Counted from the first letter of the stretch, positions 8,514 through 17,111 are shown. The stretch is 32,000 bases of DNA from Copranaerobaculum intestinale (GCF_009831105.1 NZ_WUUQ01000001.1:360001-392000), one strand, 5' to 3'. Notes: a model not told the origin generated them from the sequence alone. Program-made: numbers and translations.

Positions 8514-8832
8514 AAAACATTTTCAGATACATTCATAACGGATAGCTGGCACGATGCAGTTGTGATAAGTCTCAGCAGATACAAAAATTAATTGGCCTTC
8601 ATCTTCTTGTCAACCAAATAACGGTTATCAAAATCATTGAATAGACCAATGATGAAGCAGCCTTGAAGCTTGAATTCATTGTCTCCATGTGTTTATCGTA
8701 TACGATGTTTTTCTGCGGTATCCAGATTTTGCAGCGCATCTAATGAGATAGGAAATAGTCAGCTTTTTATGGTTGCGAAATACAGGGGGACACGGTATGA
8801 TTATGATAATAAGGAAAATCAGGAGGTATTTT

Positions 8833-9282
8833 ATGCGGGTAGTTATACAGCGGGTAACACACGCTTCCGTTACCGTCGAAGGTAATGTGATCGGTCAGAT
8901 TGAGAATGGGTATATGCTTTTGGTGGGAATTACGCATAGTGATACTCCTGAAACAGTGCATAAGGTTGCGAAGAAATGTATAGATCTTCGTATCAATGAT
9001 GATGAAAACGGAAAAATGAATCTCAGTTTAAAAGATATTAACGGCAGTATTCTGTCTATTTCGCAGTTTACGCTGTATGCAGACTATCGCAAAGGACGCC
9101 GCCCGGGTTTTGATAAGGCAGCAAAACCGGAGCAGGCCATTGCACTTTATGAGCTATTCAATCAGGAGCTCAAAGACTTCGGCATTCATGTGGAGACAGG
9201 AAAATTCGCTGCTGAGATGAGCTGTGAGCTCTGCAATCAGGGTCCGATCACCATTTTATTGGACAGCGATGAGCTTGCATAG
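8833..9282 (+). CDS. dtd: D-aminoacyl-tRNA deacylase
   Basis: MRVVIQRV start 6 nt after AGGAGG (8821..8826). Motifs SQFTLYAD and KGRRPGF. About 149 aa, the normal Dtd size. The ORF-track N-terminal extension from 8773 is not supported. Confidence 0.92.
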   Translation: MRVVIQRVTHASVTVEGNVIGQIENGYMLLVGITHSDTPETVHKVAKKCIDLRINDDENGKMNLSLKDINGSILSISQFTLYADYRKGRRPGFDKAAKPEQAIALYELFNQELKDFGIHVETGKFAAEMSCELCNQGPITILLDSDELA

Positions 9283-9288
9283 GAGAAT

Positions 9289-10155
9289 ATGATGGACAAA
9301 ATTATTTACGGAGATGTAATTGCGCAGAATATTAAAGACTCTATCAAAGCGCGCATAGATACAATCAAGGAAAAGGGTCAACGCCTGCCTAAGCTGGTCG
9401 TTGTAGTTGTCGGAAGTAAAGTGGCTTCTCAATCTTACATTCGGGGCAAAGAAAAAGCATGTCAGGCGATCGGTATGGAAAATGATCTGATTCAGTTGGA
9501 TGATGCGATTACACAGCAGGAGCTGCTGAGGGTAATACAGCAATTAAATCATGATCATACGGTTGACGGTATTTTGATTCAGATGCCGCTTCCTAAGCAT
9601 ATTCAGGAAAATGAAATTTTGTTTGCGATCGATCCGAATAAAGATGTCGATGGTTTTCATCCTTTTAATGTTGGTAAAATGATGATTCAGGAAAAAACAT
9701 TCATTCCTTGTACGCCAAAGGGAATCATGACCATCTTAAAACACATCGGATATGAGGATCTGAGCGGCTTGCGGGCAGTTATATTAGGAAGAAGCAATGT
9801 TGTCGGCAGGCCGGTTTCTCAGCTGCTGCTGAATCAGCATGCGACAGTCACCGTTTGTCATACGCGAACCGAGGATGTGGCGAAGGAAGCTGCTAATGCA
9901 GATATTCTAATCGCAGCGGCGGGTCAGCCGCGGATGGTGAAAGCCGATTGGGTGAAAAACGGGGCTGTTGTCATAGATGTTGGGGTGAACCGGGATGAAT
10001 GCGGAAAACTATGCGGCGATGTGGATCTTGATGAAGTCATTGCCAAATGCCGTTATATCACACCTGTGCCAAAGGGTGTGGGACCGATGACAATAGCCAT
10101 GCTACTAGAGAATACGCTGGAAGCGTACGATCTGCATATGGAAAAGGAGGGATAA
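9289..10155 (+). CDS. folD: Bifunctional 5,10-methylene-tetrahydrofolate dehydrogenase / methenyl-THF cyclohydrolase
   Basis: YIRGKEKAC, GRSNVVGRP and PVPKGVGPMTIAMLL motifs. AGGAGA RBS. Start could be 9289 or 9292. Confidence 0.93.
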   Translation: MMDKIIYGDVIAQNIKDSIKARIDTIKEKGQRLPKLVVVVVGSKVASQSYIRGKEKACQAIGMENDLIQLDDAITQQELLRVIQQLNHDHTVDGILIQMPLPKHIQENEILFAIDPNKDVDGFHPFNVGKMMIQEKTFIPCTPKGIMTILKHIGYEDLSGLRAVILGRSNVVGRPVSQLLLNQHATVTVCHTRTEDVAKEAANADILIAAAGQPRMVKADWVKNGAVVIDVGVNRDECGKLCGDVDLDEVIAKCRYITPVPKGVGPMTIAMLLENTLEAYDLHMEKEG

Positions 10156-10156
10156 G

Positions 10157-10366
10157 ATGGCATTGCCTGTACCAGAATATGATATGAATGATATTGTGGA
10201 AATGAAGAAGCAGCATCCCTGCCGGAAGTCAACTACCTGGAAAATTATCCGCATGGGTGCCGATATTCGCATTAAGTGTCAGGGCTGCGGTGCTTCTGTA
10301 TTATTTCCCCGCACTGAATTTGAAAAAAAATTAAAGAAAGTAATTGAACATCATGAATCTCAATAA
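10157..10366 (+). CDS. DUF951 small protein (YyzM-like)
   Basis: 69 aa, MKKQHPCRKSTTWKIIRMGADIRIKCQGCGASVLFPRTEFEKKLKK. RBS AAGGAGGG. Starts 1 nt after the folD stop. Confidence 0.8.
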   Translation: MALPVPEYDMNDIVEMKKQHPCRKSTTWKIIRMGADIRIKCQGCGASVLFPRTEFEKKLKKVIEHHESQ

Positions 10367-10393
10367 AAAAGATAACTGTTTGGTTATCTTTTT
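10365..10393. terminator. Bidirectional rho-independent terminator between DUF951 (+) and the diguanylate cyclase gene (-)
   Basis: AAAAGATAAC-tgtttg-GTTATCTTTT, with an A-run on one side and a T-run on the other. Overlaps both stop codons. Confidence 0.8.
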
Positions 10394-12869
10394 ACATATT
10401 TTCATGGTAGAAATAATATCCGTTTCTGCCGCTCTTCTTAACATGATACATACTTTCATCGGCAAAGCGGATGAGCTCGGTCACATCACATGAGTATGTC
10501 GTCATTACGATTCCCGCACTCATGGACAGGGAAAGATGATGCTTTTCCACAAACGGAATGTGATTGATCTTATCAAGCATTACACTGCAGCATTCGGCAA
10601 CCTCCCGCTCACTGGTATTCTGGATGAAAATAATAAATTCATCGCCGCCCAACCGGCCAACCGGACTGTTCAGAAAAATCTTTTTCAGCATTTCAGCTGT
10701 CTGACAGAGAACCTTGTCACCTTCCAGATGACCGTAGGTATCATTTATTACTTTGAAATTATCCAAATCCAGTAAGATAAGTGCATGATTGGATGAACAT
10801 CCCTGCATTCCTTCCTCAATACGTTCGATAATACCACGGCGGTTATAAATACCGGTCAAGCTGTCGGTAATACTTTTGCGGAGCAGAATTTCCCGTTCTT
10901 CTACGTCTTTCTGAATATCTTTTACACGACCAACCGCATAATAAGACTGATCTTCTTTTCCCGCGCCTTTGATTACCTTAATGATCAAGCGATACCATTT
11001 TTCTTCCTGATCCAATAGCTGAAGCTCTAATTCATCATTCACATCGTTTTCCTGTTTCAGGTAATACAGGATTTTCTCAAGCGCATGATTGGATAATTGA
11101 CTGCCTTGGGCAAAGGACGGAATCTGATCTACCTCTGCCAATTGATGAATACCGAATTTACTAATTTTTAATTCATCTTTACGGTAATCATATGTAAAAG
11201 TCATTTCACCGGAAATTTCGGATAGCTTCTGAAATCTCTGATATTCAAGCTCCATTTCCTGCTTGATTTGAAGCTGCCGTTTATAGTACAGTAAAATACT
11301 GAATATGATGACTGCCAATGTCAAAAGCGTGATACTTCCTGCCATCAGCGGATGATCCTGTGTATATTTAATTAAATCAAAACCGCTTTCTACATATCCA
11401 TTCTTATAAATATATGTAGTTATGTCATCCTGAGAGGCGCGTATTCCTTTATTTAAAATGCTCTTCAGCTGTTGATTATTATGATTCAAAATCGCGAATG
11501 AAAATTGACTCTGCATATAATCCGGAGCTGAAAAGAAAGAGAGATTCTTAAAGCGGTGCTTATTCATATAATACGTTACCAAATACTTATTCAAGTAGGT
11601 GTAATCTGCTTCTCCAGAGTCTATAGCTTTCAGTATTTCTTCCGGAGTATCATATATCTTCATTTTTTCGGAACCATCCGCATAATTGATATTGGCGCTG
11701 GCATCTTCATTGACACCCAATGTTTTTCCGTTTAGCTTAGAGGGACTCACAGCTTTGTTGGTAACCAACTGCATACTCGTACTTAAATATGGATTGGTCA
11801 ATTCTGCATTTAGAGAAGCTGCATAATCGGCATCATAAGTAACGCCAAGCAGAACATCAATATCTCCTTCATCTAAATAATTTTTATACTCCTTACTGGT
11901 TTTCGCTACAATAAAATTGCATTCTAAATTGCTTTGTCTGCTGATGAAATTTAAGACATCGGCACCGACTCCCGATGCTTTTTTATTTAACGTATATTGG
12001 ATAGGCGCAGCCCCGTCCTTTACCAGGACATTAATCGTTTTTTTCGATTGGATGAATTCCTCTTCTTTCTTACTTAGAACAAAGGTATTGATCCCTGAAA
12101 AATAACGATTATAAAGATTGCTGGAAAGCGTTGGATTATTTTGCTGGATATTATTCAGCGCTTGATTGAGCTCCGCCACGATTTCACTCTTTCCTTTTGA
12201 TACTGCGAAATAGAACGGATCCGGAGAGAATTTAACAATGTTATTGAAATGATCGTTTGCGATAAGATCCACTTCCAAAAGGGCATCCGCTTTTCCTGAT
12301 GTGACAGCATTTGCTAAATCATCCTCAGAATTACAAAAAACTTTTGTATAAGCAAAACCATTGGCAGATGCGAATTGATCCAGCTTTTGAATACGCTTGG
12401 CTGCGGTTTTCAAGACTGCAATTTTTAAATCTTTTTTGTGGGTGAGAGTATTAAAATCATAAATTTCATTTTTATCATTTACCCGCAGAACATTGTAGGA
12501 ATAGCCATATGGTTCGCTTGGATAATCATAAACCTCCTCGAGTTTTTCACTGTATTTCATAGCTCCCATAATGTCAATTTCACCATTTTCCAGCATATTC
12601 AGCAGCTTGGTGAGGCGTTGGTTAATATCCCCTTCTACTTCAACAAATTCATATTCCCAACCGGTATACTGCGCAATCTGCATTAGATAATCATAGTCAT
12701 AACCATAATAATTGTTTTTATCATCCTTCATTGACAGACCGCTTTGCATCGCCATTCCGACACGAATCGTTTTTTTCTGTTTAGCCTGCGGAAATTGAAG
12801 CGTTAAAGAAAAGGTCAACAGAACTGTAAAAAAAGCAATTATTATACGGTGTACTCTTTTTTTAAACAT
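10392..12869 (-). CDS. Sensor diguanylate cyclase: signal/TM, two periplasmic substrate-binding (SBP_bac_3-like) domains, TM, PAS-like linker, GGDEF
   Basis: C-terminal GIYNRRG...LDLDNFKVINDTYGH...RLGGDEF. Two repeats of amino-acid-binding-protein-like sequence (KKTIRVGM..., KKTINVLV...). Hydrophobic helix LMAGSITLLTLAVIIFSILLYY between the sensor and the output domain. Start taken at MFKKRVHR (12869), behind GGAAGGG. ATG 12902 lacks an RBS. Confidence 0.88.
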   Translation of the reverse strand: MFKKRVHRIIIAFFTVLLTFSLTLQFPQAKQKKTIRVGMAMQSGLSMKDDKNNYYGYDYDYLMQIAQYTGWEYEFVEVEGDINQRLTKLLNMLENGEIDIMGAMKYSEKLEEVYDYPSEPYGYSYNVLRVNDKNEIYDFNTLTHKKDLKIAVLKTAAKRIQKLDQFASANGFAYTKVFCNSEDDLANAVTSGKADALLEVDLIANDHFNNIVKFSPDPFYFAVSKGKSEIVAELNQALNNIQQNNPTLSSNLYNRYFSGINTFVLSKKEEEFIQSKKTINVLVKDGAAPIQYTLNKKASGVGADVLNFISRQSNLECNFIVAKTSKEYKNYLDEGDIDVLLGVTYDADYAASLNAELTNPYLSTSMQLVTNKAVSPSKLNGKTLGVNEDASANINYADGSEKMKIYDTPEEILKAIDSGEADYTYLNKYLVTYYMNKHRFKNLSFFSAPDYMQSQFSFAILNHNNQQLKSILNKGIRASQDDITTYIYKNGYVESGFDLIKYTQDHPLMAGSITLLTLAVIIFSILLYYKRQLQIKQEMELEYQRFQKLSEISGEMTFTYDYRKDELKISKFGIHQLAEVDQIPSFAQGSQLSNHALEKILYYLKQENDVNDELELQLLDQEEKWYRLIIKVIKGAGKEDQSYYAVGRVKDIQKDVEEREILLRKSITDSLTGIYNRRGIIERIEEGMQGCSSNHALILLDLDNFKVINDTYGHLEGDKVLCQTAEMLKKIFLNSPVGRLGGDEFIIFIQNTSEREVAECCSVMLDKINHIPFVEKHHLSLSMSAGIVMTTYSCDVTELIRFADESMYHVKKSGRNGYYFYHENM

Positions 12870-13013
12870 CTGAATTTCAACCCTTCCGTAATATATAACC
12901 ATTTTATCACATATTAAAAGAAAAGACAGGTGAATAAATGCTTGCTTTCAGATCATTTATGAAGTGTAATTAATTATGTTAGTAATATTAATCATATAAA
13001 ATGTAATATATAC

Positions 13014-13042
13014 TTGACTTTATGTATAACTGTTTATATAAT
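13014..13042 (+). promoter_or_regulatory. Sigma-A type promoter of the XRE/membrane-protein pair
   Basis: TTGACT (13014..13019), 17-nt spacer, TATAAT (13037..13042). Confidence 0.7.
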
Positions 13043-13064
13043 GATGACAAGTTAGGTGATGTAT

Positions 13065-13268
13065 ATGAGTAAAAATTTAAAGGTAAAAGCCGCTCGGGCA
13101 GCGATGGATTTGACCCAGCAGGGACTTGCTGATCGAGTGGGAGTCACGCGGCAGACGATGAACGCAATCGAAAAGGGCGATTATAATCCGAGCATCAGGC
13201 TTTGTATTGCGATATGCAGGGTACTGCATCAGACACTGAACGACTTGTTTTGGGAAGAGGAGGAATAG
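13065..13268 (+). CDS. Small XRE-family helix-turn-helix transcriptional regulator (COG1476-like)
   Basis: LTQQGLADRVGVTRQTMNAIEKGDYNPSIRLCIAICRVL is a classic Cro/C1 HTH. Start at MSKN behind AGGTGA. Confidence 0.85.
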   Translation: MSKNLKVKAARAAMDLTQQGLADRVGVTRQTMNAIEKGDYNPSIRLCIAICRVLHQTLNDLFWEEEE

Positions 13269-13271
13269 TCT

Positions 13272-13682
13272 ATGAATATGGATGAACGACAAATACAAAT
13301 TCGCGGCAGGATCTTTTTTCATACAATGGCCGGTCTGATCATTGTTCTGCTGTGCGCTGCTTTTATTCAGGATTTCGGAATTTATGACATTGTCAACAAG
13401 ATCGGATTTTCAGACTTCTTAATTTCGATAGTTATGCTGGCGTCCGCATATGCTTCCTGCGCGCTGCTTTTTAAAGATGCTTATTTTGGCATGCATAGTC
13501 AGCAGCAGATGACCTTCTTCATGATTTTCTTTTTCATCATCACAATTATAGACGATGTACTGTTTGTGAGTGACCGTCTGCGCGGCGAAACACTTACCAT
13601 GATCATTGCGGCATCCTTGGTGATGGTGAACGCGATCAGTATTTCCTTTCTTTGCATGCGCAGAAGGCAAAATCGCAATTAA
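13272..13682 (+). CDS. Small integral membrane protein (about 4 TM), uncharacterised partner of the XRE regulator
   Basis: 136 aa, GGAGGA RBS, starts 3 nt after the XRE stop. Four hydrophobic segments. N-terminal DERQIQIRGR resembles membrane proteins commonly paired with COG1476 regulators. Confidence 0.7.
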   Translation: MNMDERQIQIRGRIFFHTMAGLIIVLLCAAFIQDFGIYDIVNKIGFSDFLISIVMLASAYASCALLFKDAYFGMHSQQQMTFFMIFFFIITIIDDVLFVSDRLRGETLTMIIAASLVMVNAISISFLCMRRRQNRN

Positions 13683-13705
13683 AGTAGATATCTGAATAGG
13701 AAAAT

Positions 13706-13714
13706 GGTAAAATG
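13706..13714 (+). promoter_or_regulatory. Extended -10 promoter element upstream of ychF
   Basis: TGgTAAAAT, about 30 nt upstream of the ychF ATG. Confidence 0.5.
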
Positions 13715-13742
13715 ATACCGGTAAATTGAGAGGAATGATACT

Positions 13743-14846
13743 ATGCCGTTAACCGCCGGAATTGTGGGGCTTCCTAATGTAGGAAAATCCACTTTATTTA
13801 ACGCTATCACAAAAAGTCAGGTGGAGGCTGCCAATTATCCATTTGCGACGATTCAGCCCAATGTAGGAGTAGTGGAAGTACCGGATGCGCGTATCGACCG
13901 TCTGGTTGAGCTGTTCCATCCTAAGAAAACAATTTATACAACTTTCGAATTCACAGATATCGCCGGTCTGGTTAAGGGCGCCAGCAAGGGAGAAGGTCTG
14001 GGAAATCAGTTTTTAAGCAATATCCGCCTGACGGATGCAATCTGTCACGTTGTACGCTGTTTTGATGATCATGACATCACGCATGTCGAGGGATCCGTCG
14101 ATCCGATTCGTGACATTGAAATCATCAATCTGGAGCTGATCATGGCTGATTTGCAGACTGTTGAGAATCGTTTGGGAAAGATCGAACGCAAAGCGGCAAC
14201 GAATAAAGATAAGGAAGCCTTGGCCGAAGTATCGGTACTGAAAAAGATTCAGGAGGCGCTGGCTGCAGGCAAGGCAGCGCGCAGTGTCGAACTGGATAAA
14301 GAAGAACTGCTGATCATCAAATCCATGAGCCTGCTTACTCTGAAACCGATGATTTATATTGCAAATATGTCCGAAGAAGAAATCGGAGATGCATCCAACA
14401 ATGCCTATTATCAAAAAGTAAAGGCTTTTGCGGAAGCAGAACATAATGAAGTGGTTCCGATATGTGCCAAAATTGAAGAAGAATTAAGTGAATTGGAAAA
14501 GACTGAAAAAGATATGTTTCTGTCGGATTTGGGAATTGGAGAAAGCGGCTTGGACAAGGTGATCAAGGCAGCTTATCATATTCTCGATTTGTGTACCTTC
14601 TTGACAGCCGGCGAAGACGAGTGCCGTGCGTGGACCTTCCATAAAGGCATGAGGGCACCGCAGTGTGCCGGTGTGATTCACAGTGATTTCCAAAAAGGGT
14701 TTATCCGTGCGGAAACGTATTCTTTCAAGGATATTGATGAACTGGGCAGTGAGCATGCGATAAAAGAAGCAGGAAAGCTGCGTTTAGAAGGTAAGGAGTA
14801 TATTGTTCAGGACGGAGATGTGATGCACTTCCGATTTAACGTTTAA
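13743..14846 (+). CDS. ychF: Ribosome-binding ATPase YchF
   Basis: GIVGLPNVGKSTLFNA Walker A, DIAGLVKGAS, and the C-terminal TGS-like GKEYIVQDGDVMHFRFNV. Confidence 0.95.
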   Translation: MPLTAGIVGLPNVGKSTLFNAITKSQVEAANYPFATIQPNVGVVEVPDARIDRLVELFHPKKTIYTTFEFTDIAGLVKGASKGEGLGNQFLSNIRLTDAICHVVRCFDDHDITHVEGSVDPIRDIEIINLELIMADLQTVENRLGKIERKAATNKDKEALAEVSVLKKIQEALAAGKAARSVELDKEELLIIKSMSLLTLKPMIYIANMSEEEIGDASNNAYYQKVKAFAEAEHNEVVPICAKIEEELSELEKTEKDMFLSDLGIGESGLDKVIKAAYHILDLCTFLTAGEDECRAWTFHKGMRAPQCAGVIHSDFQKGFIRAETYSFKDIDELGSEHAIKEAGKLRLEGKEYIVQDGDVMHFRFNV

Positions 14847-14863
14847 AAAAATTTACGAATATT

Positions 14864-14893
14864 TGCAGACACATTTCTGTGTCTGCATTTTTT
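14864..14893 (+). terminator. Rho-independent terminator after ychF
   Basis: Perfect 10-bp stem TGCAGACACA-tttc-TGTGTCTGCA followed by TTTTTT. Confidence 0.9.
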
Positions 14894-15022
14894 ATGTACT
14901 ATACGGAATTATATGATTGATAAATAAGGGGAAACTGCGCTTATTAATCAGCTGAAATTATTGATGATTACATTAACGCATACCTTTCCTATTAGCTGAT
15001 ACAGATAAAAAATCACCCTCTG

Positions 15023-15051
15023 TTTACAGTTTCTGGTTAGAATGCTATATT
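15023..15051 (+). promoter_or_regulatory. Promoter of the PRD regulator gene
   Basis: TTTACA (15023..15028), 17-nt spacer, extended -10 TGcTATATT (15043..15051). Confidence 0.6.
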
Positions 15052-15085
15052 TAAAAAAATAATGCAATCTTGGAGGTATTTAAAC

Positions 15086-17014
15086 ATGCTTGAAAATCTT
15101 ACACCGCGGCAGCAGCTCTTTCTGAAGTACTTCATTACACATCCAGAATTAAATATAACCAGCATGGAGCTTGCCCAGCTGGCACATGTTACCACACGTA
15201 CTGTAAAAACGGATATGAAGGAGCTGTATGAGATATTTGAAAAGCATGGAGCTGAATTGTATTCGAAAAGAGGGGAAGGATATCAGCTGTTTATAAAAAA
15301 TCAAAAGCTGTTTTCTGCTATACAGGATATATACCGTACCAATGAACACTCCTTCACAGCAATCCCCCGTAATCATCAAGAACGAACGAACTACATAATT
15401 CGAAAAATGCTTACTGTGGACTATCCAATTACGATCAATGAATTTGCAGAAGAACTATATGTCAGCAGTAATACAATCAAAAATGATATGAGGGTCGTAC
15501 GTGATATCCTGCAAAATTATCATTTGCAGATTGATGTTTCGATGAATGAGGGAATTGTGATCAAAGGAGAGGAAATGCAAAAACGGCGCTGCGTGAATGA
15601 CTTCTTTTTTCAGCGCAGCAATACTAACTTTTTTGTCCAGGATCATGCACTTCTGTCCAGTGAACAAAATCAAAAGGAAGTACGCTTTATCCGTGAGGCA
15701 CTGCTACATGTTTTAAACCAGCATGCCATCCGTTTTTCTGATTTATCCATACAAAATATGGTTGTCCATATCATTATCATGATCCGGCGATGCAGTTTTT
15801 ACCAATACGTAACTTTGCCGGAAGCAGTCATAACCGAATTTTTAGAGAGCACATCTTATAAGGCTGCTTGTGATTTAAAAAAGATGATTGATGAACAATT
15901 TGAGATCATTCTTCCCAAAGCAGAGCTTGTCTATTTAGCAATGCATTTTCAATCCAAAGCGATTCTGATGGATAATCCATCCCAACTGGAACAGGGAGAT
16001 ATTGAAGAGCTTTTATATAATATTTACAAACGGATCAACCAACGGTTCCATTTATCCTTTTTTTTAGATCAGGAATTGACTTCATTTTTGAAATTACATA
16101 TTCCGCCGATGGTAAAACGACTTAAAACCGGATTGTTCATGCGTAATCCGCTATTGTATGAAACACTGCGCCGATATCCCTATGCTGTTTCAGTAGGATT
16201 AGAAGCAGTCGATGAAATAGAAAAGTGCTTTCAAGTAACGATGGATGAAAATGAATTTGCATATCTGGTTTTGTATTTTAATCTCGCTATATCAAAAAAA
16301 CGCAAGCGAAATAAAAAACGTATTATTTTGATTTGCGGACATGGACGGCCGGAAATGATCTTGACCTTAAATCAGCTAAATGAAAAATTCGGTACCGAAA
16401 TAGCGGAAATCAAAACGATTGATGTTTTTGAATTAGAAACATTTACTTTTCAAAAGAATGATATTTTGGTAACGACCATTCCAATTCCGGTGGAATTGGA
16501 AATACCGGTTATTTATGTGCAGGAACACATCTCTGATTATTTCTCAGAAATTAGTGATATTTTGGATCGTCCCGGAGAATTGCATCAAGATTTAACCATG
16601 TATCTTCCGGAACGTCTTTTTGTCAAACAGTTAGATGTAACCGGCAAACAAGCATGCTTGCTTTCACTTGAAGCCGTCTTAGCTAGTGAAATCGGAGAAC
16701 GAGAAGCCAAAAAGTTTATGGCCGGATGTCGTTTTGATTTGGCAGAGATAGGCAATGATATCATATTGCTGCACTCATTGTACGATGTAAAGGATCCGTT
16801 TGTTGCTTATGTGCGCGCAGCCGCACCAATCGCGTGGAATCGGCAGTATATCAAGACGATCATCATAACCAGCCTGAACCATATCCGGGATCGGGAAACA
16901 ACGGAATATTTATTCGAAATGATTTCACGCTGGTGCGAGGATAAAGAATATGTGCAGAAAATATATGCGAATCCCAATTATCAGAATTTAATTGAAAGCT
17001 TAAAATCAGTTTAG
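15086..17014 (+). CDS. PRD-domain transcriptional regulator of the MtlR/LicR/ManR class (2 wHTH, PRD1, PRD2, EIIB-Gat-like, EIIA-Mtl-like)
   Basis: Two N-terminal winged-helix regions. PRD signatures VVHIIIMIRR and VYLAMHFQ (PRD1), LKLHIPPMVKRL and AYLVLYFN (PRD2). RIILICGHG is the EIIB-like Cys. The C-terminal EIIA-like region contains IILLHS. Start at MLENL behind TGGAGG. Confidence 0.85.
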   Translation: MLENLTPRQQLFLKYFITHPELNITSMELAQLAHVTTRTVKTDMKELYEIFEKHGAELYSKRGEGYQLFIKNQKLFSAIQDIYRTNEHSFTAIPRNHQERTNYIIRKMLTVDYPITINEFAEELYVSSNTIKNDMRVVRDILQNYHLQIDVSMNEGIVIKGEEMQKRRCVNDFFFQRSNTNFFVQDHALLSSEQNQKEVRFIREALLHVLNQHAIRFSDLSIQNMVVHIIIMIRRCSFYQYVTLPEAVITEFLESTSYKAACDLKKMIDEQFEIILPKAELVYLAMHFQSKAILMDNPSQLEQGDIEELLYNIYKRINQRFHLSFFLDQELTSFLKLHIPPMVKRLKTGLFMRNPLLYETLRRYPYAVSVGLEAVDEIEKCFQVTMDENEFAYLVLYFNLAISKKRKRNKKRIILICGHGRPEMILTLNQLNEKFGTEIAEIKTIDVFELETFTFQKNDILVTTIPIPVELEIPVIYVQEHISDYFSEISDILDRPGELHQDLTMYLPERLFVKQLDVTGKQACLLSLEAVLASEIGEREAKKFMAGCRFDLAEIGNDIILLHSLYDVKDPFVAYVRAAAPIAWNRQYIKTIIITSLNHIRDRETTEYLFEMISRWCEDKEYVQKIYANPNYQNLIESLKSV

Positions 17015-17074
17015 TGAATTAAGATTTCACTTGAATTAGTGAAAATTGTTGTGTATCTGAAATTGAACTTCAAT
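17014..17074 (+). promoter_or_regulatory. Cluster of short palindromes/repeats upstream of the PTS operon (candidate regulator binding sites)
   Basis: GTGAA-7nt-TTCAC (17014..17030), a third GTGAA at 17039..17043, TGAATTA repeated at 17015 and 17032, and the perfect 13-nt palindrome ATTGAAcTTCAAT (17062..17074). Confidence 0.35.
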
Positions 17075-17111
17075 CTTATGATGTTGACAGGAGGAGGAAG
17101 TGATTTGCTTC

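Noticed and set aside
8547-8564. Sigma-54-like TGGCAC box (TGGCACGATGCAGTTGTG)
   Set aside because: The -12 element is out of register: TTG falls two positions too far from GG and there is no TTGC. No sigma-54 activator (AAA+ LevR-type) is encoded here, and the site is 280 nt from the next start codon.
8514-8832. THF riboswitch or T-box leader upstream of dtd-folD
   Set aside because: I could not find the conserved THF-riboswitch core, a T-box sequence (AATTAGGGTGGTACCGCG-like), or a terminator/antiterminator pair. Only short hairpins are present.
8773-8832. N-terminal extension of dtd from the ORF-track start (MRNTGGHGMIMIIRKIRRYF)
   Set aside because: AGGAGG lies inside this extension, at ideal spacing from the internal ATG 8833, which yields the canonical Dtd N-terminus MRVVIQRV.
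13065-13682. XRE plus downstream gene as a toxin-antitoxin or abortive-infection pair
   Set aside because: The downstream protein is a polytopic membrane protein with no toxin-like motif. The arrangement matches a common regulator/membrane-protein pairing. Nothing in the sequence supports toxicity.
14013-14444. Nested antisense or alternate-frame ORFs inside well-supported genes (for example 464..805, 3598..3954, 6732..7082, 8088..8459, 14013..14444, 21757..22203, 24211..24582)
   Set aside because: All overlap genes with strong family motifs on the other frame or strand. They lack RBSs and have skewed, low-complexity compositions typical of shadow ORFs.
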